Notes under the pieces: generated by a model | Seen by the model: only the letters and a program-made list of their open reading frames with translations | Databases searched by the model: none | What the model was told of the DNA's origin: nothing | In this document: piece by piece, positions 25,651 to 38,345 of the stretch | Numbering within the stretch: the first letter of the stretch is position 1 | Layout: every line of letters begins with the position of its first letter | Source: Marsupella aquatica | Taxonomy: Eukaryota; Plantae; Marchantiophyta | Reading direction: 5' to 3' | Assembly (NCBI GenBank): GCA_973895155.1 | Contig: OZ316894.1 | Span: 2,372,457-2,436,456 of the forward strand | DNA length: 64,000 bases | Translations under genes and position numbers: made by a program

Positions 25651-26549
25651 GAAGAAGGCTTGTGCGGGTTGGGTTGGATGGTGGTATCAGGCTGCGACAC
25701 GAAAGGCTGCAGTTTGTTGGTTCTGTGCAGAGAGAGGAGAGAGAGTGATGAGAGGGGGAGAGATGAGCTAACGAGGGCCATTCCAGTGGTGTTCACCGAG
25801 GAGCAGCAGCAGCAGCTCTGGGAGGAGCGGTGGGAGGCTGGCTGTGAGTGCGGAGTGAGTCAAAACGGTATCTCATAGTAATCTGAGTCCGGCCACACTT
25901 AGTGGGTTTGGATTTGGATTTGGATTTTAGCTCCACTTTCGTCGGAGTGCGTGTGATCCACAACACGGGGCTGATCCGGCTTGGTCGTCGATTTTCCTTC
26001 AGGCAGGAGGACAGTAGTAAGAGAATGGTTGGTTTGATTGATTGAGTGATGATGAGGGCATGAGAGGGAGAAGGAGGGGAGTTTGTGAAATTGAGGGAAG
26101 GAGCAGGAGAGGGAGCAGCCGTGGGAGCCAGATGAGCTTGCTGCTTCCGCGGTGCCGCCGAGCCGAGCTTCAGTAGGATGGAGTGAGGAAGGGAATGGTT
26201 CTGGAGCGGAGTCATCTCACCATCTGCCGTCGTGGTTGAGAAGTAGGATGGATGACAGCTCCTGACCCAGACCAGTAGGCGGGCAAGCAAGGATGCGAAG
26301 CTCGCTTAGACGGACCGAGGTTTTTCTCGAGGAGGCAGCAAGCAGTAGCTGCGATAATACTGCGGGCCAACATGAGATCCTCGAATCCTAGTCGTGACAT
26401 TTTGGTGTGAATGGGTACTGATCGTAACTTAGCGAATGTCTGAAGTCTTCTCCAGGAATACCGGATGGATTCATGAGTGACGATATGCTTGAGCATTTGT
26501 AAGTTGGAGTGACCGACGCCTTTTTTCTGGACGAACGAGAAGAAAAAGG

Positions 26550-27544
26550 GTAAGTGTCCGTAAAACAACAAAAGTAGGACCGAGCTCTTGCTTTTATTAT
26601 ACCGGTTGAAATCCTCGCACTGTCGGGTGAAATCCTCTATAATGCCTGAAACTGCACTGGTGTGCGTGGGTCCCTTCGAGACCTCGGACGCATTGGTTTC
26701 CTCCGAATTCGATTTATTCTCTCCCGCTTCAGAGAGTCCATAGTCCAAGCTCAAACTTTTCCCGAAGTATCGTCTCCTTGGTATCCTGCATAAGTACAGA
26801 CCACGGATTCGAGAGTCTGTCTTCTCACTCTCGCTGAGCTGAAAGCTCACCTTCTGTTGAACCCCGCGCGTGACCTGGACTCCCATGGCTGCCGACTTCC
26901 TTCTTAGTGTGTTTTCATCCTGGCATGTGGCTTCTGACTCTACCCGCCGCCTGGATGGTTGATTTTCCCCTTCTTCACTCCGGGCCCCTACGATCAGCAC
27001 GTACTAGATTCTTCGAGTGCCGACAATGTTGAGCAAAAGATGTGATCGTTGACGGAATACCATTTTGGTAGTTCAAGTTTAACTTCCGACTGTGGCTGTT
27101 GGACGACTGGTTCATCGTTCTAAGGTTTCTTCGGCGTCAACAGACCGAAACTTTGAAACAAGCCTCGTTTTAAGCGCCGAACCCAAATAGGGTTTCTGGC
27201 TCCATTTGCTCCTCTCTCCATGTGTTCGTTATAGGCTGGGGCCCCGAGATTCCTGTCTCGTGGTCATTACTGCTTTTGCAGTGAAGAATGTGACCACCGT
27301 AAGTGCCAGTCAGGCGATTCGTGGCCTCAAGTTGAGCTTCCTCTTCGATATCTTCGTAACCTGTGGGAGATGTCTACCACCAGCCTTTTTTAGAGATGAG
27401 AGATTCCTTCGAGGGATCAGTCGCTTGATGTGCTCCTGGTCACGAATCCGGGATAGATTCGGAAGCTTTGATGACAACCACTGCCTGTGACTCTTCTGCC
27501 AGTTTCTAACTTGATGTGTGCTGGTCTTGTGTTTTCTTGCTCAG
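26550..27544 (+). other. Probable 5'UTR intron of the CCCH gene
   Basis: Donor AAGG|GTAAGT at 26550. Acceptor TTTTCTTGCTCAG at 27544, 13 nt before the ATG. Pairing of the two sites is inferred. Confidence 0.5.
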
Positions 27545-27557
27545 ATTAGATTCACAC

Positions 27558-30500
27558 ATGGATCATTACGGTGCGCAGCGGAGGTTGCTCCAGCGTGTTC
27601 AAGCATTGGACCCAGAAAACTCCACCAAGATAATGGGCTACTTTATGCTCTTGGACAATGGCGACCAGGAAATCTATCGTCTGGCGCTAGGATCCGATGT
27701 GTTATTGCATTCGATGGTTGCTAAAGCTAAAAAAGACCTCGGTTTGTCGTCTCGCACGCCGCACGTTTACGATCAGCTCCCTTTACAGCTGCAGCAGCAG
27801 CTTCAAGCTCAGCTCTCCCAGTCCCCCACCCAGCTGTCTTCCATGGTATCAAACTCCCACGCCGACCAAGAACGGCTTCGACGAAGTCTGTACATACCCG
27901 ACGAGCTTCCAGCATTCAACTTTATCTCCCCTCTACACGAGCAGCTACCATTGCACGAGAAATTAGCTTCTCTGCACGACAAGTTGCCGTCTTATCATGA
28001 TCAGCTCTTCCTTCACGACCAACTGCCTGTGCATGATCAGTTACTCATCTCAGAATCTCCCGATGGGCAAGGCTCTCTGCGCATTTTTCCGAATGAACAT
28101 TTTTACCCCGAGACGTTTGCGTTCCTCAACAGTAGTAAGACGAGCGTCGAGCACTATTACTCTAGATCTAGCAGTAGACGCAATTCACCAATAGTTGACA
28201 GCTCTTCCCCCACCGAAATCGGACCAGCGCTGGCATGGAAACCGTGCCTGTACTTCGCCCGCGGATATTGTAAACATGGCAGCAACTGCCGGTTTCTCCA
28301 CGGGCCAGTGAGCCAAAATTCAGGCTCGTCTTCGTCAGCCACGGCTCCGAGAGAAATGAGAGGTGAAGAAGGGATTGCTTCCGGGTCTTTGGAAAGGTTA
28401 GAGATGGAGCTTCAGGAACTCCTGAGAGGAAGGAGAGCACCTGTGTCCATAGCGTCTCTTCCTCAACTCTATTATGAAAGGTTTGGAAAGACCCTGCAGG
28501 CGGAGGGGTATCTGACGGAGAGCCAGCGACACGGAAAAGCTGGTTACAGCCTCACGAAGTTACTGGCTCGCTTGAAGAATACTGTGACTCTCATTGACCG
28601 GTGAGTTTTTCACGCAAAGCGATCTCTCTCGTATTTCCGCACATCAGCTGCCTTTCATGACATCACATTTGCAGTTATCGCGATCGCTTGACAGACGACG
28701 TTCGGTATGGTGAGAGCTGGGATCCATAACATCTCGACTATCCTAGAAGTAGGGTAGATGTCGTCTGATCCAAGCTGGTTTGCCGTAATGCATGTTGTGT
28801 CACCCATTCCATTCGCGCCTTCGTCAATGCGGGGCCCTTATAAGCGTTGTTTCTGGCTGCACTCCGCTGAATTGATAGTTCACATAGGAGTCTCGTTTGG
28901 CCCCTTCCCTTTCCATGCTTGTAGTTGAGTTCCTCACTAATTTCCTCTATTTCAGAAGTAACCTTTTCTCTTGCAGCCGAACTCCTCGGTTGGAGTGAAA
29001 GTTGCTTTTCGTAGTCGTCGTGTAGATTTATTGGAGCTCTGGTCGTCGCCTTCCCCGCCTCTCGTGCTCGTTGTTCACGCCTCTCTTTACCATTTCTTTC
29101 CCGCACTGGGGAGACCTTAGATAGATAGATAGTCGGCGAAGTTTGCAGAGTAAGTCGGTGGTTCTCTAACATGAATCTCTCCATTTCTGTCTCACTCGGT
29201 CGAGGTGTAGCGTCCGAGCAGGCCACTCAAAGATGCCATCCCTGATTTAGTCTCTCGCTCTCATTCCGTAGCTGGCTGGCTGTCTGCTCCTCTGGACGAG
29301 AGGGTCCGCTCTTAACACATGTTTTTCTCTCCTACTCAGACACAAGCACACTGCTGCGTTTTTGAACAGGCCTCATGGTCAGCATGCAGTGGTGCTTGCG
29401 GAGGATGCTCATAGGTTTACTGCATTTAGGGGGGAACGTGATGATTTAAGCGGAGTGAACCCGAGCTCACGTCAGATCTACCTCACGTTTCCCGCCGAGA
29501 GCTCCTTCACAGAAGAAGACGTCACGTCGCATTTCAGGTAACGATCATTCATACAATAACTCGACCTGCCTGAAGCCGTTTGTGATTACCTCGTAGCTCA
29601 GCTGAAGGAATTCGAATGAACTGTGGACGTTGTTTTGCTTGACGTGCGTGCAGGGCTTATGGTCCCGTCCAAGATGTGAGGATACCATATCAGCAGAAGC
29701 GCATGTTTGGATTTGTCACTTTTGTATACTCGGAGACTGTTAAAACGATTTTGTCAGAAGGAAATCCGCACTATATCTGCGGCGCGCGAGTTCTTGTGAA
29801 GCCCTATAGAGAGAAAGGCAAACATGGCGACAGGTATTTGTGAATTCAACTCTTTTGGAGACAGCTTTCTGCTGTGTTCCTAGTAGTTCGGTCTTGATCA
29901 TTTTACCGGCCTCGCTCTGTCTATGTCTGTGTCTGGTTTTTGAGCTGTCCTCAGGTTTTTTGGCAAAAGATTCTTTTGCTTAACAGCTCTTTGAATACTT
30001 GCAGAAAGTATTCCGAACGAGGTGAACATCCAAGGTATCAGCAGAGTCGCAGCCTGGACTCGAAGGATTTTGACTATATCAACCCTCCAAGTACGTAAAC
30101 TTTTTACTTGCTCAGTTTCCTCTAGGCCTTCTTTGTGAATTATGACTTCTGCACAATTAAGTGTTTCTTCGCCGCGTGGTTATTGGCACTTCCCTTGTAG
30201 ACGGTGAGATACTTCGTCATTGAATGCAACGTTTGTGCGTCGTCTGTGCAGCCCCAAAGTACTTCGATGACGAGGAATCTTTCACTCGTCGACTGGAAGA
30301 GGATGAGCAATCTCCTTACCAGGAAAGGAGGAGACTCGCTGAATTACACCTGGCGGATGTCCAAAGGCGACGGGCAGAAGCCGAGGTGACAATTGCGGCG
30401 GCTCAACAGGCTCACGCTCAAGCTCAGGCTGTACATGCCCAGCAAAACTTATCAAATGGAGTCTACAGCTCCGACGAACTCTCCCTGTCGGCTGAAGGTA

Positions 30501-33176
30501 TGAGTTGGCTCATTGTAACCCCGTCTCATATTTGCATCTCGACAATCTGTTGCTGGGTCTAGTGATCATCTGACCCGTTAGTACACAGTTGAGGGATCTA
30601 TAGACATACCATCTTTCAGTTTTACCAATATCTTTTCTTAAATTGTTAGCTTTGTCCGAGGATATCTGCACCGTTCCTGTTCTCATCCTTTCGGAAACGT
30701 GCGCTTCGTACTTTACATTCAAACAACGGAATAGTGTGGGGTTCCGTTCTCAAATCTTCACAACGAACTTGAGCGGCCTTGGACGGTTCCCTACGTTTCT
30801 TGATTGTACTTGCGTCATCTCGTTGAATGTTCAATGTATGTCCTAGATATATTCACATCACGTCACGATGTTTATTTTAACACGAGTTGTCGTTGATGCT
30901 CGAGCGGCCGTCATTTCCTCCACTGGGCTGCTGCCTGAATCATTCTTACGATGCTTTTCTTGTAACTGCACGTAGTAGCATTCCCTCTTTTGTGTAAGAT
31001 TGTCGTGAGGTACTTACAGGTACCGTGACAATGGAGTTGGTATGCCGCTGTTTACAGGGTGTTAAAATTGTCAATTGTTTCTGTCTTTGATTCAGAAATG
31101 CCCCATTTTCACTCGGATAATTCTTTTGAGTACCTTTTGGACGTTCTTGATGGAGAAACTGGAGATGAAGGCGACTCCACAAATGACAATTATGGCATGT
31201 TTCCGCCAAGGTCAGCTACTCTTTCGATTGTACCTTGTTCTGCCTCAATTATCCATGGCCATGCTACAGTTCGTCCACAGCTGCGTGTTCGAATTCTCAA
31301 GAGGTTGTGTCTAGGATTAAAGAAACTACCTGAACCGTGTCCACCTCGGCAATGGCATGCAAATGCCTACTTGTCCATGCGTGCCAGATTGGGAATTTCA
31401 TTCCGGTCTACAATCAACTTCGCACGTGAGCTTCCAATTGCGCATATAGAGAGGAAGCTCAGGATTTGATAAGTTATTGTAGGAGCGTTGGAACCCTGGA
31501 AGCTGTCAAGATAGGCCTTTGTCTAATTCTATGGGCTCACTGATCCATACACTCCATTACAGAAGCTCTTCTATGAGGATGTGCTTCCGCCGAGCATTAC
31601 GACACTGAGATGCAGTGCGCATATGCCTTCTAGAAGCTTTGAGCCTACTTTTGGAATTAACCCTGTGTTGGTTCTTGGCAAGTTGCAACTTGATGCGCGT
31701 TGAATCTTGGCAAGTTGCAGCTTGCTGTAGAAGGCTTCTCTATGGACGCCTAGCTCCTCGAATTACGCTCGTTCGTGAGCTGTATGGCAGCGAGTATTAC
31801 GGCTCTTGCGCATAGGTTTAGAGGCCTGGCTCTGCATGCACTAGACATGTTAGATCTGTAACAAGGCTCTGAGGGAAATTCATGTTTATCCGAATCCATG
31901 TCGATTTCATCATGATCTCCTTTACCTTCTTCTCCAGCCCTAAATGAAGACTCAGGAACATGTTACCGTTAATGTGTTTTAAATAAGTTATGGTCCAGTG
32001 AAGGGAAACTGCCCGAGCAAATAGATCCACGTGTTGAATATAATTGCGTTTCAGGTTTGTTTTTTTCCTGGGAAGTTGGGAATGCTTGAAATATAGGCGC
32101 TGGGGGTTTACTCACTCTCTTGTTCAGCGAGGAATTGGCCTGAGTTCGGTTACAGCCGCGTTATGCCATTTTTAAGATCTCTATTTGACAAATTCCTAGA
32201 GTTCTTGGTCACCCCAAAGTTCAACCCAGTCATGTTGCGCACCAGTCCACCTTCCTAACATGGACAAGTGTGTTCGGGTCCTTGTTGCATCTATTTCCTG
32301 ACTCAAATGTTCTATTGAAACGTAACGACTGTACCTGAGATCATGTTAGCCTTGGGGAAATATTACGGAGGCGTACAGCCCCGTACATCGTAGGAGAGTC
32401 GTGTTGTCTTGACTGGGGTGGGATGACAACCGCCGTCTACCTGCCGTGACCTGGTGTGAGGGACGTTGTTGGACAATAATATACCTAAATGAGAGAACAC
32501 GGCGTGCAGACCTGGATGGTTCTCTGACCTTGAGTCCCGTCTATCAGAATGTGGTGCTTAAGACCTTACGAGATAGAAAATATGTTGTGGGGTTTTATCT
32601 GTAGTATTAGAACCCTGGCCCAATGGCAGGCAGGGTTATTCGACAAGTTTGATCACGCTGTTGGTGCGATTCTTGTGGAGTCGTAGTGCTCCCCTGTTGG
32701 AATTCTTGTTTTGATCAGTTGTATTTGTTTCTACTGCATAAAATTCCTCCTCTCATAAATTCTTTTGTGGTGTGACAGCAGTGGGAATGTGAATCACAAT
32801 CTTCCCGAGAGCCCTTTTGCAAGTCCACATGCTCTGAATAAGCAAATGGCAGCGTTTTCCCTACCAGAGAAGATGAAAAGTTTGAACCTCGGTGCACAGG
32901 TGTGCTTTCTTGCTGAGCATTTCTTGCTGAGCATTTCTCTGGTTCCATTCAGATTGTTGTTTAACTGTTTTGGTCTGGATGGTTTTAGCTTCCATTGTTC
33001 TTTTGCTTATTTAGGATTTTCTCGAAGTCTGCTAGATACAGGTCTTGTTTTTGTCGTAAGGGGCCGAGTTGAGGGCGGAATTTACTAAGACGGCCAATGT
33101 AACGTTATTGCAGAGTACCTCATGGACCCCATACCATTCGAGTGGGGCTACTCTGTTTGCATCCAATGTATTTTAA
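27558..33176 (+). CDS. Zinc finger CCCH + OST-HTH/LOTUS + RRM RNA-binding protein (AtC3H18/C3H53 family), ~673 aa
   Basis: Exons 27558-28600, 29370-29537, 29654-29833, 30005-30090, 30252-30497, 31096-31210, 32779-32899 and 33114-33176; all GT-AG and phase-compatible, last two junctions less certain. Motifs: N-terminal [12 protein letters not shown]; C-x7-C-x5-C-x3-H ([23 protein letters not shown]); LOTUS ([53 protein letters not shown]); RRM ([39 protein letters not shown]); C-terminal [11 protein letters not shown]. Confidence 0.93.
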
Positions 33177-34503
33177 AGGTACTAGACGAACTTTTTATCA
33201 CCGTCAAAAGTTATGCCATGCCAACGACCGACCCTTCAGGTCGTTTGGTCTGTCTCTTACACTGATTTGAATTTGTTTACATCGTGGCCAGATTGGTTTT
33301 CTGCGATTTCTGGAGCTTTCTGCGCTGTGCAGTGGTGTCGTCCTGTAATGTGATGCTCATATCGTCATACTGGTGGATTCAGGTTACGAAAGAAGCTCCC
33401 CAATTTGTCGACGGCACATTGGCAGCGACATTGGCAAGTAAATAGAAAGTAGAGTTCGACAGTGGTCTACCTCGCCCACTTGCAGGTACCAGCTGAACAT
33501 TCCTGGTACCCTTCTTTCTTTAGGGCGAGGTAGGCCGTAGCAGAAGTGTTCCACATTATTAAGATTAAACACAAGTACTGGGTCCCATTGGGTGGGCCCC
33601 AAGCCACTCTTGGCAGAAGATGTGCCAAGCTGTGAAGCCATGTACGGCGATAGTATATGAAAGCTAAAAAGAGACCCACCACTCCGTTGAGCAGGATTGC
33701 CATGCTCAATTGAGTAGAGAAGGCCCATTTGAGGGTCTGATGTCAATAACCACAACAGACGTTACTGAAACATTAATTGGAGGGTGCCTTAGGATGTGAA
33801 GGAGTGGTAGTATGTTTACCTGAAAAGTCATGCATACCATCCGGAATGCACACCCCTTGTCTGTGGGAGGGACAGGTTGACAGATTCAGCATTCCACCAC
33901 TGCTTGCCTATTTATTTGGGGTCACCAACTCAAGACCCTTCCATTATTCAGCCTTACTTACCATGCACAGTCCAATGACGGGACCAATTTTGGTATTCGT
34001 TTTGGATCTTGGTGCCAGTTATATATACTTACCTCTCATGTGTTGGTGTTGGTTCTCGTTTCGAATTGGCTTCTTTTTGGTCAGGGTTCCTTTGAGCCAC
34101 TGAATTTTAAAGCCGACAAGAGATGGGAACTGGCTGTCATTACCTTTTCCGAAGGTGAATGATGGAATCACTGATGTGGGGTTGTAAAACTCAGCACAGT
34201 GTCTCTTATGGTGTGGTGATCACATGACCTTTACGTCCAAGGTGCTTGTGCTCCCGTTCACTTCCCCCCACGCAGTACAGTTTTGAATAGGTTAGCTTGT
34301 CAGCCAGAGCCCCTGTCGTGGGTAAGCCCACACCAACCCATGACTCGGTGTCTGACCAACATAATTGGTTAGTGGTTGCTGTCCCTATATGAAGTGAGTC
34401 ACTTGTAAATAGGCCTGTTGTAAGCTGCCTACAAAGCCTTACTGACTCACGTGCAGTTAAAAGTCGTGGTACTACTCACCACTAAATAGTTGTGCCACAA
34501 TCA

Positions 34504-35640
34504 CGTACAGTATCTTGTATGAAATGTAAGAACGGCATAATGATCAAATGTGATATGACCTCCATTTTAAAGACAAATTGTACGTCAGTGTCCATCTCGT
34601 CTCGTGTTTTGACATCTTTGGTTCTACACGGGGCTGATTCTGGAATGATGATTCACGTATGAAACATGACAAAAGATCAACGTGGTATGACCTCCAGTTC
34701 TCGCCAAAATTTGCTTCTTTGTCAATCGCGTCGCTGGTCATGCTACCATGGTTGTCTATGAGGCCGATGTAGTCGACCAGTGTTTTGTCTGAAATGTAAG
34801 AACGGCATAATAATCAAATCTACGATCTCCACTTTTAAGATAAATTGTACGTCTCGTCTCGTGTTTTGACACTTGGTTCTGCACGGGGCTGATTCCTAAC
34901 CGAATGAAATTTGAGAACATGACGAAGGTCAGTCTGATATGACCTCCAGTTTCCCCTGGTTCTACTTCTTTGTCAATCTCGACTCTTGTCATGGCATTAT
35001 GGTTGTGTATGGGGCCGATTCAGTCAAGTACAGGGTTTTGTATGAAAATTCAGAACTGTATAATTGTCAATGTGATATGATCTCCTTTCATAAGACAAAT
35101 TGTATGTCAATGTGTTTAATCTTTGGTCTGCATGGAGCTGATTCTGAAATGAATGAATCATGTTATAACTTAAGAACACGACTATGATCGACGTGGGAAA
35201 ACATCCGGTTTTTACCCAAATTCTTCTTTTTCGTCAATGTTGTCTCGGTTTGTGAGTACTTTTTGGACGGGTCTGACCTAGTGAAGTACAGCCTTTGGTA
35301 TGGAAGGTAAGAAGGGCGGAATGACCAATTTAAATAAGCTTAGGTTGCAAAACCAAATTCCTGTTCTTAGTCTACGTCGTCTCTTGTCATCGTCTCTCCG
35401 CTTAGGTGTGGCCAATTATGAACCGCTTAGGTGTGGCCAATTCTGACATTAGCGTCTGTGTTTTGAATGTATGTTAATGGCACCATGTTTTTTGTGGGAT
35501 GACCTTCACCCTGAACTTAAGTTCCACTTCGTTGTCAATCGAGCCCATGAGCCCATGATCTCATCAGTTACACATGGGGCTTATTTTTAAACGAATGTCT
35601 TGGCAACATGTAAGAAGTATGGTGCCGTCAATGTGTTGAT
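34504..35640. repeat. Degenerate tandem repeat, ~260-bp unit x~4, built from two ~130-bp subunits
   Basis: Units start ~34504, 34776, 35028 and 35286 (TGAAATGTAAGAACGGCATAAT..., GGGGCTGATTC, TATGACCTCCAGTT, CTTCTTTGTCAATC). Confidence 0.85.
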
Positions 35641-35899
35641 TCAACCTGTTTCCTTGACATTCTTATTTGAAAATTTTCCCTCTACCATGTGGGATGGTGG
35701 TGATTCGTTACAATGGATGTCGCACATTGCTGACTAGAGTCAGCCAGCTGTATCTCACATGCGCCTTCAAGGAACGATGGAAATGTTGCTAGATGCTCTA
35801 ATTGCTACCAGGGCGACCGCCGAATCCATAGTATATAGACAACGTTTCTTGATTCACTTGGAACCGGGAGCAAACCGCGTGGGATGTGCAAGAAGTCTG

Positions 35900-36435
35900 C
35901 AAGAAGAACCAAATGTTCTATGAGAAAGAGGGCTACCTGAGAAGACGACTCTTACACAATACGATAAATTATCTTGGATTGAAGAGCAGAGTACAGATGG
36001 ATCTCATAACAGGGTTAACTGAGACTTAAAGCGCTCCACAATTAGGAAATCTATATGGATCGAAGTGCAGACTACAGATGGATCCGATCAGCGGGTTAAC
36101 TGAATACGAGCGTTCCACAATCAGAATATTTATGTGGATTCAAGAGCTGAGAAGAGAGGGATCGCACAAAGAGGGCTAACCGAGAAGACAAGCGACCCAT
36201 AAGAACAAAATTTGTCTTGGATGGGAGAGCAGAGTAGAGATGGATCCCACAAGTGGGCAAACCATCGAGAAGGCAAGCGTTCCTCACGAAGAAAATTTAT
36301 GTTGGATTGAAGCGCAGAGTAGAGATGGATTCCATAAGAGGGCTAACCGAAGAGGGAAACCCGGAAAGGGAAAGCGTTATATTGCGAAAAATTACCTTGG
36401 ATTGAAGAGTACTGTACAGATGGATCCTCGTACAA
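35900..36435. repeat. Minisatellite, ~80-85-bp unit x6-7
   Basis: TGGATTGAAGAGCAGAGTACAGATGGATC..AGGGCTAACCGA at 35975, 36056, 36135, 36218, 36303 and 36398. Confidence 0.85.
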
Positions 36436-36827
36436 TAGTCAAATTTGGCCATTGAAGACTGAAGGTCTACTGCATCCGTAGACTCGGTGGGTTTGACCAA
36501 GCAAAGGCAGGACTGTACTCCCACTTGTGTGTAGAGACACTCTGGACTGTCTACAGTAGGTGGAGCTCTGGAACGCATTGGCCGGTGGTGCAAGGCAGAC
36601 AGTTACTTTGGACAGCAATTTTCGGGAGCCGTGAAACTTGGGGTGACTAGCATTGCATTCCATTGGCATTCAATTGGAATGGCATTCAATTGGAATAGTT
36701 ATCAGCAGAAAAGAGAAAGCTGGTTGGAAAGTTGCTACGTTGAGCACCATATCTTTCGGCCCAAGTATTTAGTTATCGATAAGTTGCCGGTCACAGAGAC
36801 GGTGCTTTGACACACGAAATAAAACAA

Positions 36828-36978
36828 GGTCAGATCGTCACCAAGATATTTTGAGCCCATTGAAATTGGCCTCTGGTTTTAAACAGTTGCATCTACTTAA
36901 AGGGTAAAGTGTCTGGGGGTCAAATCGTCACCAAGAAGTTTTGAGCCCATTGAAAATTGGCCTCTGGTTTTTAACAGT
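36828..36978. repeat. Direct repeat, ~60 bp x2, period 90
   Basis: GGTCA.ATCGTCACCAAGA..TTTTGAGCCCATTGAAATTGGCCTCTGGTTTT occurs twice. Confidence 0.85.
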
Positions 36979-38149
36979 GTTATGTATGACATATAGTCAA
37001 ACGGCGAGTAAATATAAGATTATACTGCAGCTGACAATAGCTGTCCAGGTCGGTAGGAGATCCACGTCATACAACGAGAGGACTGAAATAGCATAATTAT
37101 CAAACTATCTTCGGCATGTACCCAGGATTTATTCATCTAACGACGGAGACTCATTTCAGATCTGGACTTCATTTTGAGGATAAAAGAGAGCAAGCTCTTT
37201 ACTACGCCACGTCACAAAATAGTCGGAGACTGGAGTCCATGAACTCGTTGCAGCTTGCAGGGAGCTGGCATCCTGGATTTGGGATGACTCTCATAGTGAC
37301 ACGGAGGGATTCAATCAATGAAACAAAGTTACCTCAAGTCCATAGGGATTGGGGAACCATGTGGACAATGGGACTATAGAGTTTATAAGTGCGTAGTTTT
37401 TATGGTCAAACCTCTTATGGCAGCGTCCTTTGTATACAGTTCATCTACCATCTCTTTGCTTCCATTCGAGGGCTTCAATTTTCTGTAGGTAGTTTGACCC
37501 CCCCTGTGCCTCAATTCTTTGGGCATTGCATTACGTCTGTTTGCTAAAGCGGAAGAAAATACGGTGCATTGTTAACAACGGGACAGTAACAGCCAATGTA
37601 CCTTAATACAAAAAAGAGAGAAACCTAAATCATTGTTGCCCTTCTTTTGTAAACAGCGTTTATCAATTGTGCAACACAAACCTGGTCCTCAAAATGCAAG
37701 ACATTTTGAGCCTGAGATACCTTGAACTCTCTGGAAGGGCAGTAGAAACCACTCTAAACTGTGAATGGGATATAAAATCGAAATCAAGGATGTCCTAGAT
37801 CACAATGGTTGCATACTCTTTCTTTTAGATCTTTGCAGACCTCACTGTGCACATTGTGATGAAGAAAGGCGACAGCGAACCAGTAGTGACGATTGAGTGG
37901 TCCCCAAAGTTCAGGGCCAAGAGGGATTTGTTTCTCTCTGAGAACCGAAGAGGCATAAGAAGTAAGACACAAGCAGAAAGGAGTAACCATGGACAGAAAA
38001 AGAAGTTCAGTACTTTCCTCGCTGGACAGAAAAACAGACGGATGGATGGATGGAAGGCTAAACAACGAGAGAAGAAGCATTTTCTCACGTCGCAAGAACG
38101 GAGAACAAGACACGACAAAGAAGGGTACAAATCATCAACGTCCAACCTC

Positions 38150-38345
38150 AATTTCAAAATCACGCTCAATTGAATGAACACCCACAAATTCTCACACCCA
38201 GTGTTGACAACTTCAAACTGCAATAAATCGAATGAACTCCTCGCAACAGCTGTGACAACTTCAAACGCAACTGAATTGAATTCACACGCACAACAGCATT
38301 GACATCAAACGCAATCGAGTTGAATGAACACGCACAACAGTCAGT
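38150..38345. repeat. Degenerate ~45-50-bp tandem repeat x4
   Basis: GACAACTTCAAACGCAA..TTGAATGAACACGCACAACAG-like units. Confidence 0.7.

Noticed and set aside
26212-27000. 262-aa minus-strand ORF
   Set aside because: Non-ATG start, no recognisable motif, and antisense to the CCCH leader/intron.
31455-31464. miR390-like AAGCTCAGGA in intron 6
   Set aside because: Only 10 nt match and there is no star arm.
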